A stretch of 64,000 nucleotides of DNA from Opitutales bacterium (GTDB lineage Bacteria; Verrucomicrobiota; Verrucomicrobiia; Opitutales; UBA2987), in assembly GCA_965226885.1 (NCBI GenBank), contig CBDDEL010000012.1, positions 320,001 through 384,000 of the forward strand, read 5' to 3'. This document shows, piece by piece, positions 41,747 to 51,631 of this stretch. The translations under genes and the position numbers were made by a program. Under the pieces are notes generated by a model. That model made no database searches. It had not been told where the DNA came from and saw only the letters and a list, made by a program, of their open reading frames with translations. Position 1 is the stretch's first letter. Each line of letters starts with the position of its first letter.

Positions 41747-42751
41747 CTACTCGTATTTAAGTTTCGGGTTCATGATGACCTGCACGATGTCCACCAGCAA
41801 ATTCATGATGATGATAAAAGAGGCGTAAAAAAGGACCGTCCCCAGGACCATGGTATAATCGCGGTTGAAGGCGGAATTGATAAAATGGCGGCCCAAACCG
41901 GGGATTTGAAAAATGGTCTCGATGACGAAGGAACCACTGATCATGCCCGCCAGAGCCGGTCCCATAAAGGATACGACCGGGAGGAGGCCGCCCTTGAAGG
42001 AGTGCTTGATAATTACTTTGGACTCCGGCACACCCTTGGCCCGGGCGGTGCGAATGAAATCCTGGGATAATATTTCGAGCATTCCGCCGCGCGTGAGACG
42101 GGCCACATAAGCCGCATAAAAAAGGCCGAGAGTGAGCGAGGGCAGAATGATATCGCTCCAGGTAAACCAACCGGAAACGTTGACCCAGCCCAGCCAGAGA
42201 CCGAAAACCAGGGCCAGGATGGGACCCATGACAAATGTGGGCAGGCATATCCCGACCATGGCTACCGACATGGGCACATAGTCGAGGGCGGTGTTTTTGC
42301 CGATTGAGGCGATGATTCCCGCCGGAACGCCCAAACACAGGGCGACGGCCAGTGCCACCAGGCCCAACTTCATGGAAACCGGGAAAGATTCGGCAATGAG
42401 TTCGTTCACGGTGCGCCCTTCGTATTTATAGGAGGGCCCAAGATCGATGCCGAATATTTCTTTGAGGTTGAAATTAAAAACTCTCCGCTCCAAAGACTCA
42501 TCATAAACAAAGAGTTCGAGAGGATTGAATTTTTTTGGGCAAAGTTTGACCAAATAATTCCAGTATTGGACAGGGAGGGAGTCGTTGAGCCCGTAATACT
42601 CGTTCATCTTTTCGAGAATTTCCGGCCTTACGTTGCGCTCTTGGCTAAAGGGGCCGCCCGGGGCGGCATGGACCATGAAAAAAGTCATCGTGGCAATGGC
42701 CAGCAACACCGGGATGATCTGAAGAAAACGATAAAGGATGAACTTTAACAT
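41747..42751 (-). CDS. oppB: Oligopeptide ABC transporter permease
   Basis: APGGPF, DLGPSY, DFIRTARAKG and NRDY. Confidence 0.92.
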   Translation of the reverse strand: MLKFILYRFLQIIPVLLAIATMTFFMVHAAPGGPFSQERNVRPEILEKMNEYYGLNDSLPVQYWNYLVKLCPKKFNPLELFVYDESLERRVFNFNLKEIFGIDLGPSYKYEGRTVNELIAESFPVSMKLGLVALAVALCLGVPAGIIASIGKNTALDYVPMSVAMVGICLPTFVMGPILALVFGLWLGWVNVSGWFTWSDIILPSLTLGLFYAAYVARLTRGGMLEILSQDFIRTARAKGVPESKVIIKHSFKGGLLPVVSFMGPALAGMISGSFVIETIFQIPGLGRHFINSAFNRDYTMVLGTVLFYASFIIIMNLLVDIVQVIMNPKLKYE

Positions 42752-42812
42752 ACCCTGTGCTACATGCTACATTTGACTCTACCTTAAGCGGAATCCGGCC
42801 CGGTTGTTTACC

Positions 42813-44465
42813 TCACTCATCCAGATCAAAATAAATATACTTGTAAGGCCGGTTATCGAGTAATTTTGGATTCCAGTTTTTTACTATTGGGTCGAGCAAA
42901 TAGGTTCTGGTGTACCAATAAATCGGCACGATGGGAACCTCTGTGAGTAGAAGTTCCTCGGCTGATTCCAAGGCTTCAAAATGTACTTGCGGGCTCTTAG
43001 CTTGTTTGGCCTTGCTGATGAGTCGGTCGTATTGGGAGTTGGACCAGCCGGTGTCGTTGTTGCCGTTGCCGGTCGTGTACATGTCCAGAAATGTAATGGG
43101 GTCGGTAAAATCGGCAATCCAGCCCGAACGTGAAATATCGTATTGCAGACTAGACTGGGCATCGAGGTAAACCTTCCATTCCTGATTGGATATCGTGATG
43201 GGTATATTCAGGTTTTTACGCCACATTTCCTGGATGGCTTGGGCAATTTTTCGATGGTTTTCCTCCGTATTGATGAGTATGTCCGTGGGGGGGAATCCCT
43301 CCCCGTTGGGAAACCCGGCCTCGGCCAAAAGGCGGCGGGCTTTTTCCACATCGTAACTCAATTTTTGGGGAGTTGAATAACCCGACATGCCGTCGGGCGT
43401 GTAGCCGTAAGCGGGGCGCTGCCCTCCTTGGGTCACCTGTTCGACGATGAGCAGGCGGTCAAGGGAGAGGTTGAGGGCCATACGCACGCGAACATCATCC
43501 ATGGGAGGGCGGGTGACATTAAGACGGTAGAAATAGACGCCATGGTAAGGATCGAGATGGATGATTTCCGGATTGTTTTTCAAATGATAAGGAATCTTAT
43601 CTTGAGGTATGGTATTTGTGTTGTGGGCCTGCCCGGCCAAAAACGCCGTCTCCTCGGTGCTGGGATTTTCGATGGGAAAAAAACGGATCTCGTTGAGTTT
43701 CATCATATCGCGGTCCCAGTAAGTCGGGCTTTTGGTCACACGCACAATCTGGTTGGTTTTCCATTCGGCGAGGATGAAGGGTCCGTTGCCGACAAAATTT
43801 TCCGGTCGCGACCAGAGGGAAACGCGATCATCGATTTTGCCGAATTTTTCAATGGTTCCCGGATGCACCGGAAACCATGAATAATGCTTGAGCATGGAGA
43901 GGTAATAAGGGGTCGGCCCAACCAAAGTCACTCGCAGGGTTTTGTCATCAATCGCTTTTACCCCCACCTGCTCAAAATCGGTTGTATCCCCACGATTATA
44001 GGCTTCACCCCCTTCTAGGATGTAAAGCATGTCGGCGTATTCAGCGCCAAGGTTGGGGGAGAGCATTCGTTTAAAGGAATAGACGAAATCCTGCGCCCGG
44101 ACCGGATCGCCGTTGGACCAGAGGGCGTCCTGACGTAGAAAAAAGGTCCAAACCTTGTAGTTTTCAGACGGTTCCCAGCTCTCGGCCACGCCCGGTGCGG
44201 GAATGGAGTCATCATCCACATGGTAGGCGATCAAACCTTCGATGAGGGCCGAGATGATGTGGTTCTCAGGAACGCCGGTAACGATGTGGGGATCCAGTCC
44301 CTTGGGTTCCGTGCCGTTATTGAAAAGAAGGATGCCTTGGCGGGCGGCAACCACCGACTGTCTTTCTTTTTTTCCGCATCCGGAATTTAATAAAACCAGC
44401 CATGCAGCCAATCCAATAAGAGCCCACACTTTGAAGATTTTTTTAGTTTTAGCGATTTTCATCAT
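42813..44465 (-). CDS. oppA: Oligopeptide ABC transporter substrate-binding lipoprotein
   Basis: Lipobox-like NSGC, EPKGLDP, WSNGDPV, GNGPF and GWIADF. Confidence 0.92.
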   Translation of the reverse strand: MMKIAKTKKIFKVWALIGLAAWLVLLNSGCGKKERQSVVAARQGILLFNNGTEPKGLDPHIVTGVPENHIISALIEGLIAYHVDDDSIPAPGVAESWEPSENYKVWTFFLRQDALWSNGDPVRAQDFVYSFKRMLSPNLGAEYADMLYILEGGEAYNRGDTTDFEQVGVKAIDDKTLRVTLVGPTPYYLSMLKHYSWFPVHPGTIEKFGKIDDRVSLWSRPENFVGNGPFILAEWKTNQIVRVTKSPTYWDRDMMKLNEIRFFPIENPSTEETAFLAGQAHNTNTIPQDKIPYHLKNNPEIIHLDPYHGVYFYRLNVTRPPMDDVRVRMALNLSLDRLLIVEQVTQGGQRPAYGYTPDGMSGYSTPQKLSYDVEKARRLLAEAGFPNGEGFPPTDILINTEENHRKIAQAIQEMWRKNLNIPITISNQEWKVYLDAQSSLQYDISRSGWIADFTDPITFLDMYTTGNGNNDTGWSNSQYDRLISKAKQAKSPQVHFEALESAEELLLTEVPIVPIYWYTRTYLLDPIVKNWNPKLLDNRPYKYIYFDLDE

Positions 44466-44515
44466 GTATTCGAATACTATTGGTGGATTGGCTCGGGGGA
44501 CGCCTGGATGCAAGT

Positions 44516-46618
44516 TTACTCGATACCGAGCTTTTTCAAAAACGGTTTCATGGATTGTTGGCGGCCTAAAAAGGTTTCGATGGATTCGCGCACATCGCGG
44601 GAATCGCCGGTGGCGTATATCTCGTTGCGTAATCTCCGGCCTACTTTGGGGTCGAGGTATCCGCCGGGTGCGTTTTCGAAAACGCTGGCCATGTCTGCGG
44701 CAATGACATCGGCCCAGGCATAACCATAATAACCGGCATCGTAGCCCGTGAGATGCCCAAAATAAGCGACGAAGGCGGAGTTTTCGGGCGCGGGCAAAAA
44801 TGCACTCTCAAAAAATTGGTTGGACACTTTGAGTAGGTCGAACTCTTCCTCGGCCTCTTTGGGTCCGTGCAGGGACATATCCATGGTGGCAAAAAGAAGC
44901 TGGCGGCTGTAGGTCGTGGCCACGGTGGCTTTTTTGGCCTCGATTATTCTGGTGATGGTTTCGGCCGGAATTTTTTTCGAAGGATCGCGATAATCGGCGG
45001 CAAAGCGGTCGAGCACTTCCTTGCTTTGCAGCCAGTATTCAAGCATTTGCGAAGGGGCTTCGACAAAATCACGGGGGACGCTTGTGCCGGAGAAGCGGTA
45101 ATAATTCGCCTGCGTCAACACGGAGTGAAGGACATGGCCGAATTCGTGAAACAGAGTTTCCACATCGTCAGGGGAAAGCAGCGATGGTTTATCCTGTCCC
45201 GGGGTGGGAAAATTGCAGATAAGGGCTACAGTGGGCCTCTGCTTTTGGCCATTGGGCAGGCGCCTGGCATCGATGATGGAAAACTGGGCGAAATGGTTGT
45301 ATTTACCGGGCCGGGGAAACATATCGAGGTAAAACAGGCCCAAAGGTTCCCCTGTTTCCGAGTCGGAAACAACATGCAGGGTGACATCTTTGTGCCAACG
45401 ATAAGGATTGACGATTTCCTCGATTTCAAGGCCGAAGGTTTCCTCATAAATCCCGAACATGCCCTCAAGGGTCGCCTCGTAGGGGAAAAAGACTTTCAAG
45501 GCTTCGGCATCCACCTGGTATTTCTCCTTCATATACTGGTTGCGGTAGTAGCGCCAGTCCCAGATTTTTATTTCCGCTTTCGCATGGCCGGTGTCTTTGG
45601 CCTTGAGGGCCTGGAAGGCCGCTATCTCGGCCTTGAATTTAGGTTTCAGCCCGGAATTGAGGTTTTCCAGAAAGGACAGGACATTGGCCGTATTGCCGGC
45701 CATCCTGGTTTCCGTCCGGTAATCGCCCCAGGATGCATAGCCCAGTTTGGAGGCAATATGGCCGCGTGTTTTTAAAATCTCTGAAAGCAGTTGGATGTTC
45801 TTTTCCCGGGCCAGAGAGTAGCGGGCGATCTTCATCCTCTTTCTCGTATCCTCTTTGCGCGCATTGCGCATAACGGTTAAAAAATGCCAGGTAATGTTGG
45901 CCATGAGGGTGTATTCATCCTCGCCAGTTTTAATTCCCTCCTGGTTGAGGAAAGATTCGGGCACACCGGCAAGTTCCTTCGCCGTAAAAGTGAGCGGCCT
46001 GGAGGCGTCGGCGATGTTGGTGTCGAAATCGTTGGAGAGTTCCGACAACCGTTTTTTCAAAAGCTCTATTTCTCCTTTCGCCTCCTTGGAAAGATCGAAT
46101 CCATTCCTCTTGTAGTCCAATAGGGTCTCTATGAACAGTTTCGCTTTTTCACCCTCCAGCGACGGCCCGATATCGGCATAACTTTTGATGGCCTCGTAAA
46201 TATCTTCCCGGTAATTCAGGGATACCTCCCATTGGTCGTATTTTTTCAGGGCCTCGGCGGCGGCCTCCCGGATGGCCGGATCGGGCGAGGCATTTTTCAG
46301 AATAGAGATCATACCGATGTCCGATCCGATCCGAAAAAATAGGTCGTCAAGAGCGCCGACCGTGTTTTCAAAGGAAACCTCGTCTTTTTTGAATCTGGCG
46401 ATGGCGTCCCCTCTCATGTCGCCCACAGCCAGATAGTGCAGGAGGGATTTTTTGATTTCCTCTGGGGTTTTGGCAAATACCGGCGCTTTTATGGTCGAAT
46501 GATATTGCTGAGCTTTTTTTTGATAATGCTCCAGGGTATTTAAGCCGGCATGAGTTTTGATCGAGGGCAGGAGCAAGCCTGCCGCGAGGGTAGTAAATAG
46601 AAGGTGAGCAATGTTCAT
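44516..46618 (-). CDS. Exported M3A family oligopeptidase (thimet oligopeptidase-like)
   Basis: Signal peptide, FHEFGHVLH (HExxH), DFVEAPSQMLE and GYDAGYYGYAW. Confidence 0.92.
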   Translation of the reverse strand: MNIAHLLFTTLAAGLLLPSIKTHAGLNTLEHYQKKAQQYHSTIKAPVFAKTPEEIKKSLLHYLAVGDMRGDAIARFKKDEVSFENTVGALDDLFFRIGSDIGMISILKNASPDPAIREAAAEALKKYDQWEVSLNYREDIYEAIKSYADIGPSLEGEKAKLFIETLLDYKRNGFDLSKEAKGEIELLKKRLSELSNDFDTNIADASRPLTFTAKELAGVPESFLNQEGIKTGEDEYTLMANITWHFLTVMRNARKEDTRKRMKIARYSLAREKNIQLLSEILKTRGHIASKLGYASWGDYRTETRMAGNTANVLSFLENLNSGLKPKFKAEIAAFQALKAKDTGHAKAEIKIWDWRYYRNQYMKEKYQVDAEALKVFFPYEATLEGMFGIYEETFGLEIEEIVNPYRWHKDVTLHVVSDSETGEPLGLFYLDMFPRPGKYNHFAQFSIIDARRLPNGQKQRPTVALICNFPTPGQDKPSLLSPDDVETLFHEFGHVLHSVLTQANYYRFSGTSVPRDFVEAPSQMLEYWLQSKEVLDRFAADYRDPSKKIPAETITRIIEAKKATVATTYSRQLLFATMDMSLHGPKEAEEEFDLLKVSNQFFESAFLPAPENSAFVAYFGHLTGYDAGYYGYAWADVIAADMASVFENAPGGYLDPKVGRRLRNEIYATGDSRDVRESIETFLGRQQSMKPFLKKLGIE

Positions 46619-46761
46619 ATAGACTGTTTGGGATATATTGGTGCCAGGGAAAGTTCCTCTTTATTTCGGTCTCTGGCATTAGGCCGTATTAAATCTACGA
46701 TGGCAACGGCAAAAGAAAGCAGCCACGCCCATTCGAGAGGCGGAAAAGATTCCCTATTTAA

Positions 46762-46790
46762 TTGAATCCATTTACAGGTAATCGGTTGTC
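46762..46790 (+). promoter_or_regulatory. Candidate ECF sigma promoter TTGAATCC-N17-TGTC upstream of the DUF2807 lipoprotein
   Basis: Motif shared with 17862-17890 and 50910-50937. Confidence 0.35.
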
Positions 46791-46898
46791 ATAAGAACAA
46801 AATGAACATAATCAATAAGGGTAAATGGTTCTGCACAAAAGAGTCGTGTATTCTCATTTCATCCATGAACCTGCTAATTTCAAAAAGATAGGTATGCC

Positions 46899-47630
46899 AT
46901 GAAATCCATGAAAAGTTTCTCGCCAGTCATAACCGGATCGTTGATCGCAATTTCGGTTTTATTTTTAACGGGCTGTGATCTTTCGTTCGGCGGGGTCAAA
47001 GGCGAGGGTGAAATAAGAGAGGAAGTGCGGTCGCTGCCGTCCTTCGACAGTATCGATTTCAGCGGGAAGGGACAGATCGCGCTCATCACTGGGGACAAGT
47101 ATGGAATCCGGGTGGAAACTTACGAAAACCTTCTACCTTTGCTCATAACCGAGGTGAAAAACAACCGATTGAAAGTAAAATTTGAGAAATCTGTGCGTAG
47201 CGATAAACCGATTCGCTTTTATATAACGGCGCCGGAATACAGAGAACTTTCTTTCAGCGGCGGAGTTTCCGTTAAATCGGCGGGGCCTTTGGTGTCGAAA
47301 AAGATCGAGCTGGATTTTTCGGGGGCCAGCGAAGGGATACTGGAAATCCAATCCGATATTTTGGAGACCTCTATTTCCGGGGCTGGTGAGATGACCTTTT
47401 CCGGCGTTGCCGAAAACCACAAAATTGTGGTCAGCGGGGCGGCGGAAATCAAAGCCTTCGATTTGCGGACAAAAAAGACGCAAATGACCATCAGTGGGGC
47501 GGGCGACGCCGAAATTCATGCCGAAGAGGAACTTATAGTGAAAATTTCAGGCGCGGGAGATGTGGTCTATAAAGGTGACCCCGTGGTCGAGAAAAAAATC
47601 AGCGGCGCCGGTAGTATAAAAAAATATTAG
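46899..47630 (+). CDS. DUF2807 (head GIN domain) lipoprotein
   Basis: LTGC lipobox and repeated (I/V)SGAG beta-solenoid units. Confidence 0.85.
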   Translation: MKSMKSFSPVITGSLIAISVLFLTGCDLSFGGVKGEGEIREEVRSLPSFDSIDFSGKGQIALITGDKYGIRVETYENLLPLLITEVKNNRLKVKFEKSVRSDKPIRFYITAPEYRELSFSGGVSVKSAGPLVSKKIELDFSGASEGILEIQSDILETSISGAGEMTFSGVAENHKIVVSGAAEIKAFDLRTKKTQMTISGAGDAEIHAEEELIVKISGAGDVVYKGDPVVEKKISGAGSIKKY

Positions 47631-47784
47631 ATACGCGGCCCCAGCCGGACAAAGCGTTTTCGTGTTGATTGCCGGATGGCTCTACGGCATAGTTTTTCCT
47701 GTTATGCCGGACCCAAGTTCCATTCGTCCAGCTGATTTAAGAAACCCTCACCCACTGCCACTGCATCCATTGGATAACTCAACT

Positions 47785-50604
47785 ATGAAAACGATGATCA
47801 ACGCCTTCCAATCGAAAATAATCTCGACACTCATTGGCCTCGCCCTATTGCCGATGGCTCTTGCGGCCGGGGAAACTGCGAATTTCGATGGCTTCAAAAA
47901 TATCCGGGAAATGGGCGGCATCGAAGAATACCTTCTGGAGGAAAACGGCTTGACGGTTCTTCTGATGGAAGATCATTCGGCCCCGGTGGCAACTTTTATG
48001 GTCACCTACCTGGTGGGCTCGCGAAATGAAGTTACCGGCACAACCGGCGCAACACACATATTGGAGCATTTGATGTTCAAAGGGACGAAAAAATTCAACA
48101 AGGACGACCAAACCGACCCGACGAGGCTACTGCAAAACGTGGGCGCGCTCATCAATGCCACCACATGGTACGACCGGACGAATTATTATGCCAATCTGCC
48201 TATCGATCATTTGGAAATGACGATTGAGATTGAGGCCGACCGGATGCGTAATTTGCTCCTTCATGACGAGGATCGGCAGTCCGAAATGACGGTCGTGCGC
48301 AACGAATTCGAGCGGGGAGAAAACGATCCCGTACGCAGCCTGTTAAAGGAGATTTACCAGGCTGCTTTCGTCGCTCATCCCTACCACCATTCCACCATCG
48401 GTTGGCGGTCGGATATCGAGAAGGTTGCCATCGAAAAATTGCGTCAATTTTACGACACTTTTTATTGGCCCAACAATGCGATCGTTTCGGTGATTGGAGA
48501 TTTTCAGAAAAAGGAGGTTTTGGAAACGATCATGCAATACTATGGCACGATACCATCTTCTCCCCTCCCAATCCCGGAAATGTATACGGAGGAGCCCGAA
48601 CAAAGAGGTCCCCGGCGGGTTACCCTGAAGCGCAACGGACAGCTGGGCGTGGTCAGCATTGCCCACAAGATTCCGAAGGGCCTGCATGAAGATACTTTTG
48701 CCCTCAGCGTGTTGGAGAGAATACTCTCTTCGGGCAAAAACAGCCGTTTTTACAAACTCCTCATGGATAAGGGATTGGCGGTTAATGTTTTCCTCTGGAA
48801 CTTTCCCTTTCACGATCCCGGTCTGTTCGCGCCATTTATTTTTATGACGCCGGGAACCTCTCACGAATCGGTGGAAAATATTATTCTGGAGGAGTATGAA
48901 AATATCAAAACCAACGGCGTCGGGCAGGAGGAAGTGGATCGGGCCATCAGCCAGATACAGGCTGATACCGCCTATGCCCGGGATGGCTCCTTTTCCATCG
49001 CCAGCGTTCTCAATGAAACCATTGCGATGGGTGATTGGACCTTTTATTTTCGTTATTCCGAGAAAGTGGCCAAAGTCACCCCGGCAGACGTCCGGAGGGT
49101 GGCTGAAACTTATTTGGTAGAAGATCATAGCACAACCGGTTATTTCATCCCCGAGATTCCGGGCGGCGGATCCCAGGGCGATGCCAGGCCTCAACAATTT
49201 TCACCGGGAAACAGCGTCCTCTATTACCGCAATGCGGGCATCTCCACGGGAACTGCATTAGCCGCCGCAGCTGTGAAAACCCGAGAAGCAAAAACGGGCG
49301 CGGCTTCGGCTTCTACTGCAAATACGCCGTCCTATTCCACCGGTATCGTGCAAAACCGCATTCATGGAATCGATGTCATCTCGATGAAAACGGAGGTTCA
49401 GGATGTTGTCACCATTGTTGGAAGTCTCCCGGCGGGCGATGTTTTCAGTCCGCAGCGCAATTCAGCCATCGCCGATCTAACCGGTAACATGCTGGACAAA
49501 GGAACGATGCAAACGGGCAAATTCGAGTTGGCGGAAAAACTGGAAAGAGTCGGGGCTTCCCTAAATTTCTCAGTCGGCCCGCACCGGCTGAGCATTAGCG
49601 GCAAGTGCCTGAAAAAAGATTTGCCACTGCTGGCGAACCTGTTGGCCGAACAGTTGCGGGAGCCGGCTTTTGATGCGGAAGAGTTGGAAAAACTTAAAAA
49701 ACTTCGCACCGGAGAACTGAAACAGCTTCTGGAGGACCCCAACCACCAGGCTTCCGATGCCCTCGCACGGCTTGTTTTTCCACAAGGCCACCCCAATCAT
49801 CACCCATCCGTGGAAGAGGTAATCAAGGACCTGGAATCCGTCACGGTGGAGGATTTACGAGCATTCCACCAATCGGTTTACGGTCCCAAATCAATGATTC
49901 TGGTGGCGGTGGGCGACTTGCAGACCGACGTCCTGCATGCCACCATAAAAAGCGCTTTTAAAAAATGGTCTGGAGGCATAAAAATTCCCTCTTACGAACG
50001 AGCTGGAAAACACAACCGAGGGCATGAGGAGACGGTTCACATGGTGGACAAACCGAGCGTGAGCGTGCGCCTGGCCATGGCCTCCGATTTACAAAAAAAC
50101 GATCCCGATTACCTCGACCTGATGATGGGGACCTATATCCTGGGAGGAAACTTCTCCGCCCGGCTCATGCAAACGGTTCGCGATGAGGAGGGCCTCACCT
50201 ATGGCATAAGTTCACGCTTGAGCAACGACCTCTACAGCGACGGTCTCTGGCGGATCAGTGCCACTTTCGCTCCACAACTGCTGGAGAAAGGCCTAGCCTC
50301 GACCCATAAGCAATTGAACCTCTGGTATGAGGAAGGAGTTACGGAAGAGGAATTGAAAGCCAAAAAGACCACATTAATCGGCTCTTACAAGGTGCGGCTG
50401 GCCAATACCGGCGGCATGGCCGGGAGAATCCACTCGTTCGCCCAAATGGGACGCCCCGTGAGTTACCTGGACCAATACCCCAAAGACCTCGAAGCGCTTC
50501 AGCTCAAATTCGTCAATGCCGCCATAAAGCGCTATTTGAACCCCAAAGACATGATCACCGTAATGGCCGGAAGCGTGGAGCCGGTTGAGGCGCTGAACGA
50601 ATAA
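47785..50604 (+). CDS. Exported M16 family (pitrilysin-like) zinc protease
   Basis: Inverted zincin HILEHLMFKG, NATT, FYWPNNA and VRDEEGLTYG; start taken at MKTMINAF. Confidence 0.92.
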   Translation: MKTMINAFQSKIISTLIGLALLPMALAAGETANFDGFKNIREMGGIEEYLLEENGLTVLLMEDHSAPVATFMVTYLVGSRNEVTGTTGATHILEHLMFKGTKKFNKDDQTDPTRLLQNVGALINATTWYDRTNYYANLPIDHLEMTIEIEADRMRNLLLHDEDRQSEMTVVRNEFERGENDPVRSLLKEIYQAAFVAHPYHHSTIGWRSDIEKVAIEKLRQFYDTFYWPNNAIVSVIGDFQKKEVLETIMQYYGTIPSSPLPIPEMYTEEPEQRGPRRVTLKRNGQLGVVSIAHKIPKGLHEDTFALSVLERILSSGKNSRFYKLLMDKGLAVNVFLWNFPFHDPGLFAPFIFMTPGTSHESVENIILEEYENIKTNGVGQEEVDRAISQIQADTAYARDGSFSIASVLNETIAMGDWTFYFRYSEKVAKVTPADVRRVAETYLVEDHSTTGYFIPEIPGGGSQGDARPQQFSPGNSVLYYRNAGISTGTALAAAAVKTREAKTGAASASTANTPSYSTGIVQNRIHGIDVISMKTEVQDVVTIVGSLPAGDVFSPQRNSAIADLTGNMLDKGTMQTGKFELAEKLERVGASLNFSVGPHRLSISGKCLKKDLPLLANLLAEQLREPAFDAEELEKLKKLRTGELKQLLEDPNHQASDALARLVFPQGHPNHHPSVEEVIKDLESVTVEDLRAFHQSVYGPKSMILVAVGDLQTDVLHATIKSAFKKWSGGIKIPSYERAGKHNRGHEETVHMVDKPSVSVRLAMASDLQKNDPDYLDLMMGTYILGGNFSARLMQTVRDEEGLTYGISSRLSNDLYSDGLWRISATFAPQLLEKGLASTHKQLNLWYEEGVTEEELKAKKTTLIGSYKVRLANTGGMAGRIHSFAQMGRPVSYLDQYPKDLEALQLKFVNAAIKRYLNPKDMITVMAGSVEPVEALNE

Positions 50605-50669
50605 TATGGAGCGCACAAAATTTTTGGCCGCCCGAAAGCCCGAATACTGGACTGGAGGGAGAGGTTGAG

Positions 50670-50767
50670 AAAAATTGCACCGAAGGATCCGACGGTCACT
50701 TATGAACAATGGCGTATTGTCTATAGGCGCTAGGACACCATCAACCGCCGGATCCCTCAGTGCCAAT
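50670..50767 (-). ncRNA. Candidate small structured RNA (long hairpin ending in a U-tract); family unknown
   Basis: 20-nt arms at 50677-50696 and 50744-50763, inner 7-bp helix at 50709-50715/50735-50741. All four non-Watson-Crick positions are G-U on the minus strand and A-C/C-A on the plus strand. U5 tract at the 3' end. Confidence 0.45.
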
Positions 50768-50909
50768 ATAACTACCGGATCGGTTAATTTTACTTAACAT
50801 GGCGATTATATTGCTGAGTCTGTTTAACAGTGGGTTTATTTCTGTTGCAGATTGCATAAAACATAATTGGGGAAATTAAAAGAAAATTTATTAATTAAAT
50901 GGCATTTTT

Positions 50910-50937
50910 TTGAATCCCCAGCTCCATCGGGCGCATC
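50910..50937 (+). promoter_or_regulatory. Candidate autoregulatory ECF promoter TTGAATCC-N16-CATC
   Basis: Lies 25 nt upstream of the first gene of the ECF sigma operon. Confidence 0.45.
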
Positions 50938-50962
50938 AAAACAGGAAAAAACAAAGAAAAAC

Positions 50963-51613
50963 ATGTCTAAAATTCATTCCATCATTCTCTGTCTTTGCTT
51001 GATTATCGCTTTCTCGGCTCCGTACGGCGCACCTTCGGCCTCGGCCCAGGAAGAGGAAAGCGAGAAAAATATTGACGTTCAAACCAATGCCGATGCCATT
51101 GAGCCGGAACCGGTTTCGGAGGAAGACGAAGAGGATATTGTGGTTGTGGCCGGGGACGATTTTTTTGACGATTTCGATTCCCATTTTAGTGGAGGCGATG
51201 ACGACGATCATGGATTATCCATATCCCTTTCCGAGGGGAGCGGGATCAAGCTGTTGACGGCGATTGTCCTCTGCTCGATAATCTTTTTTTCACCCGCAAT
51301 ATTTCTTGGAGTGATTCTTTATTACTTTTACCGGCGCCGCAAACTGTCCCACGAGACCGCCTATTTGCTGGCCGAAAAAGGCCTGGAAATCCCACCGGCG
51401 CTTCTCAGGCCGCAAAAAAAGGATTTGCGCAATGGTATTCTGTTGATTACAGGTGGAATAGGAATTTCCAGCTTTTTCCTGGCCGTGGCCGATGGCATGT
51501 GGGGTCTGGGGCTATTCCCCTTATTCCTGGGTCTGGGCTATTTGATCGTCTGGAAACTGGGAAACAAGAACAAGACGGGTATCGCCAATGAAGCCGATAT
51601 CAGGAATTTATAG
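50963..51613 (+). CDS. DUF6249-like membrane protein with acidic N-terminal exported region
   Basis: Signal peptide, D/E-rich tract, AEKGLEIPPALL, DLRNGILL and GLFPLFLGLGYLIVW. Confidence 0.7.
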   Translation: MSKIHSIILCLCLIIAFSAPYGAPSASAQEEESEKNIDVQTNADAIEPEPVSEEDEEDIVVVAGDDFFDDFDSHFSGGDDDDHGLSISLSEGSGIKLLTAIVLCSIIFFSPAIFLGVILYYFYRRRKLSHETAYLLAEKGLEIPPALLRPQKKDLRNGILLITGGIGISSFFLAVADGMWGLGLFPLFLGLGYLIVWKLGNKNKTGIANEADIRNL

Positions 51614-51631
51614 ATTAGCAGTGGACCAGAA

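Noticed and set aside
50700..50750. Fluoride riboswitch resemblance (GAUGGUGU...ACGCC) on the minus strand
   Set aside because: The P1 helix cannot form, and no gene lies downstream on that strand.
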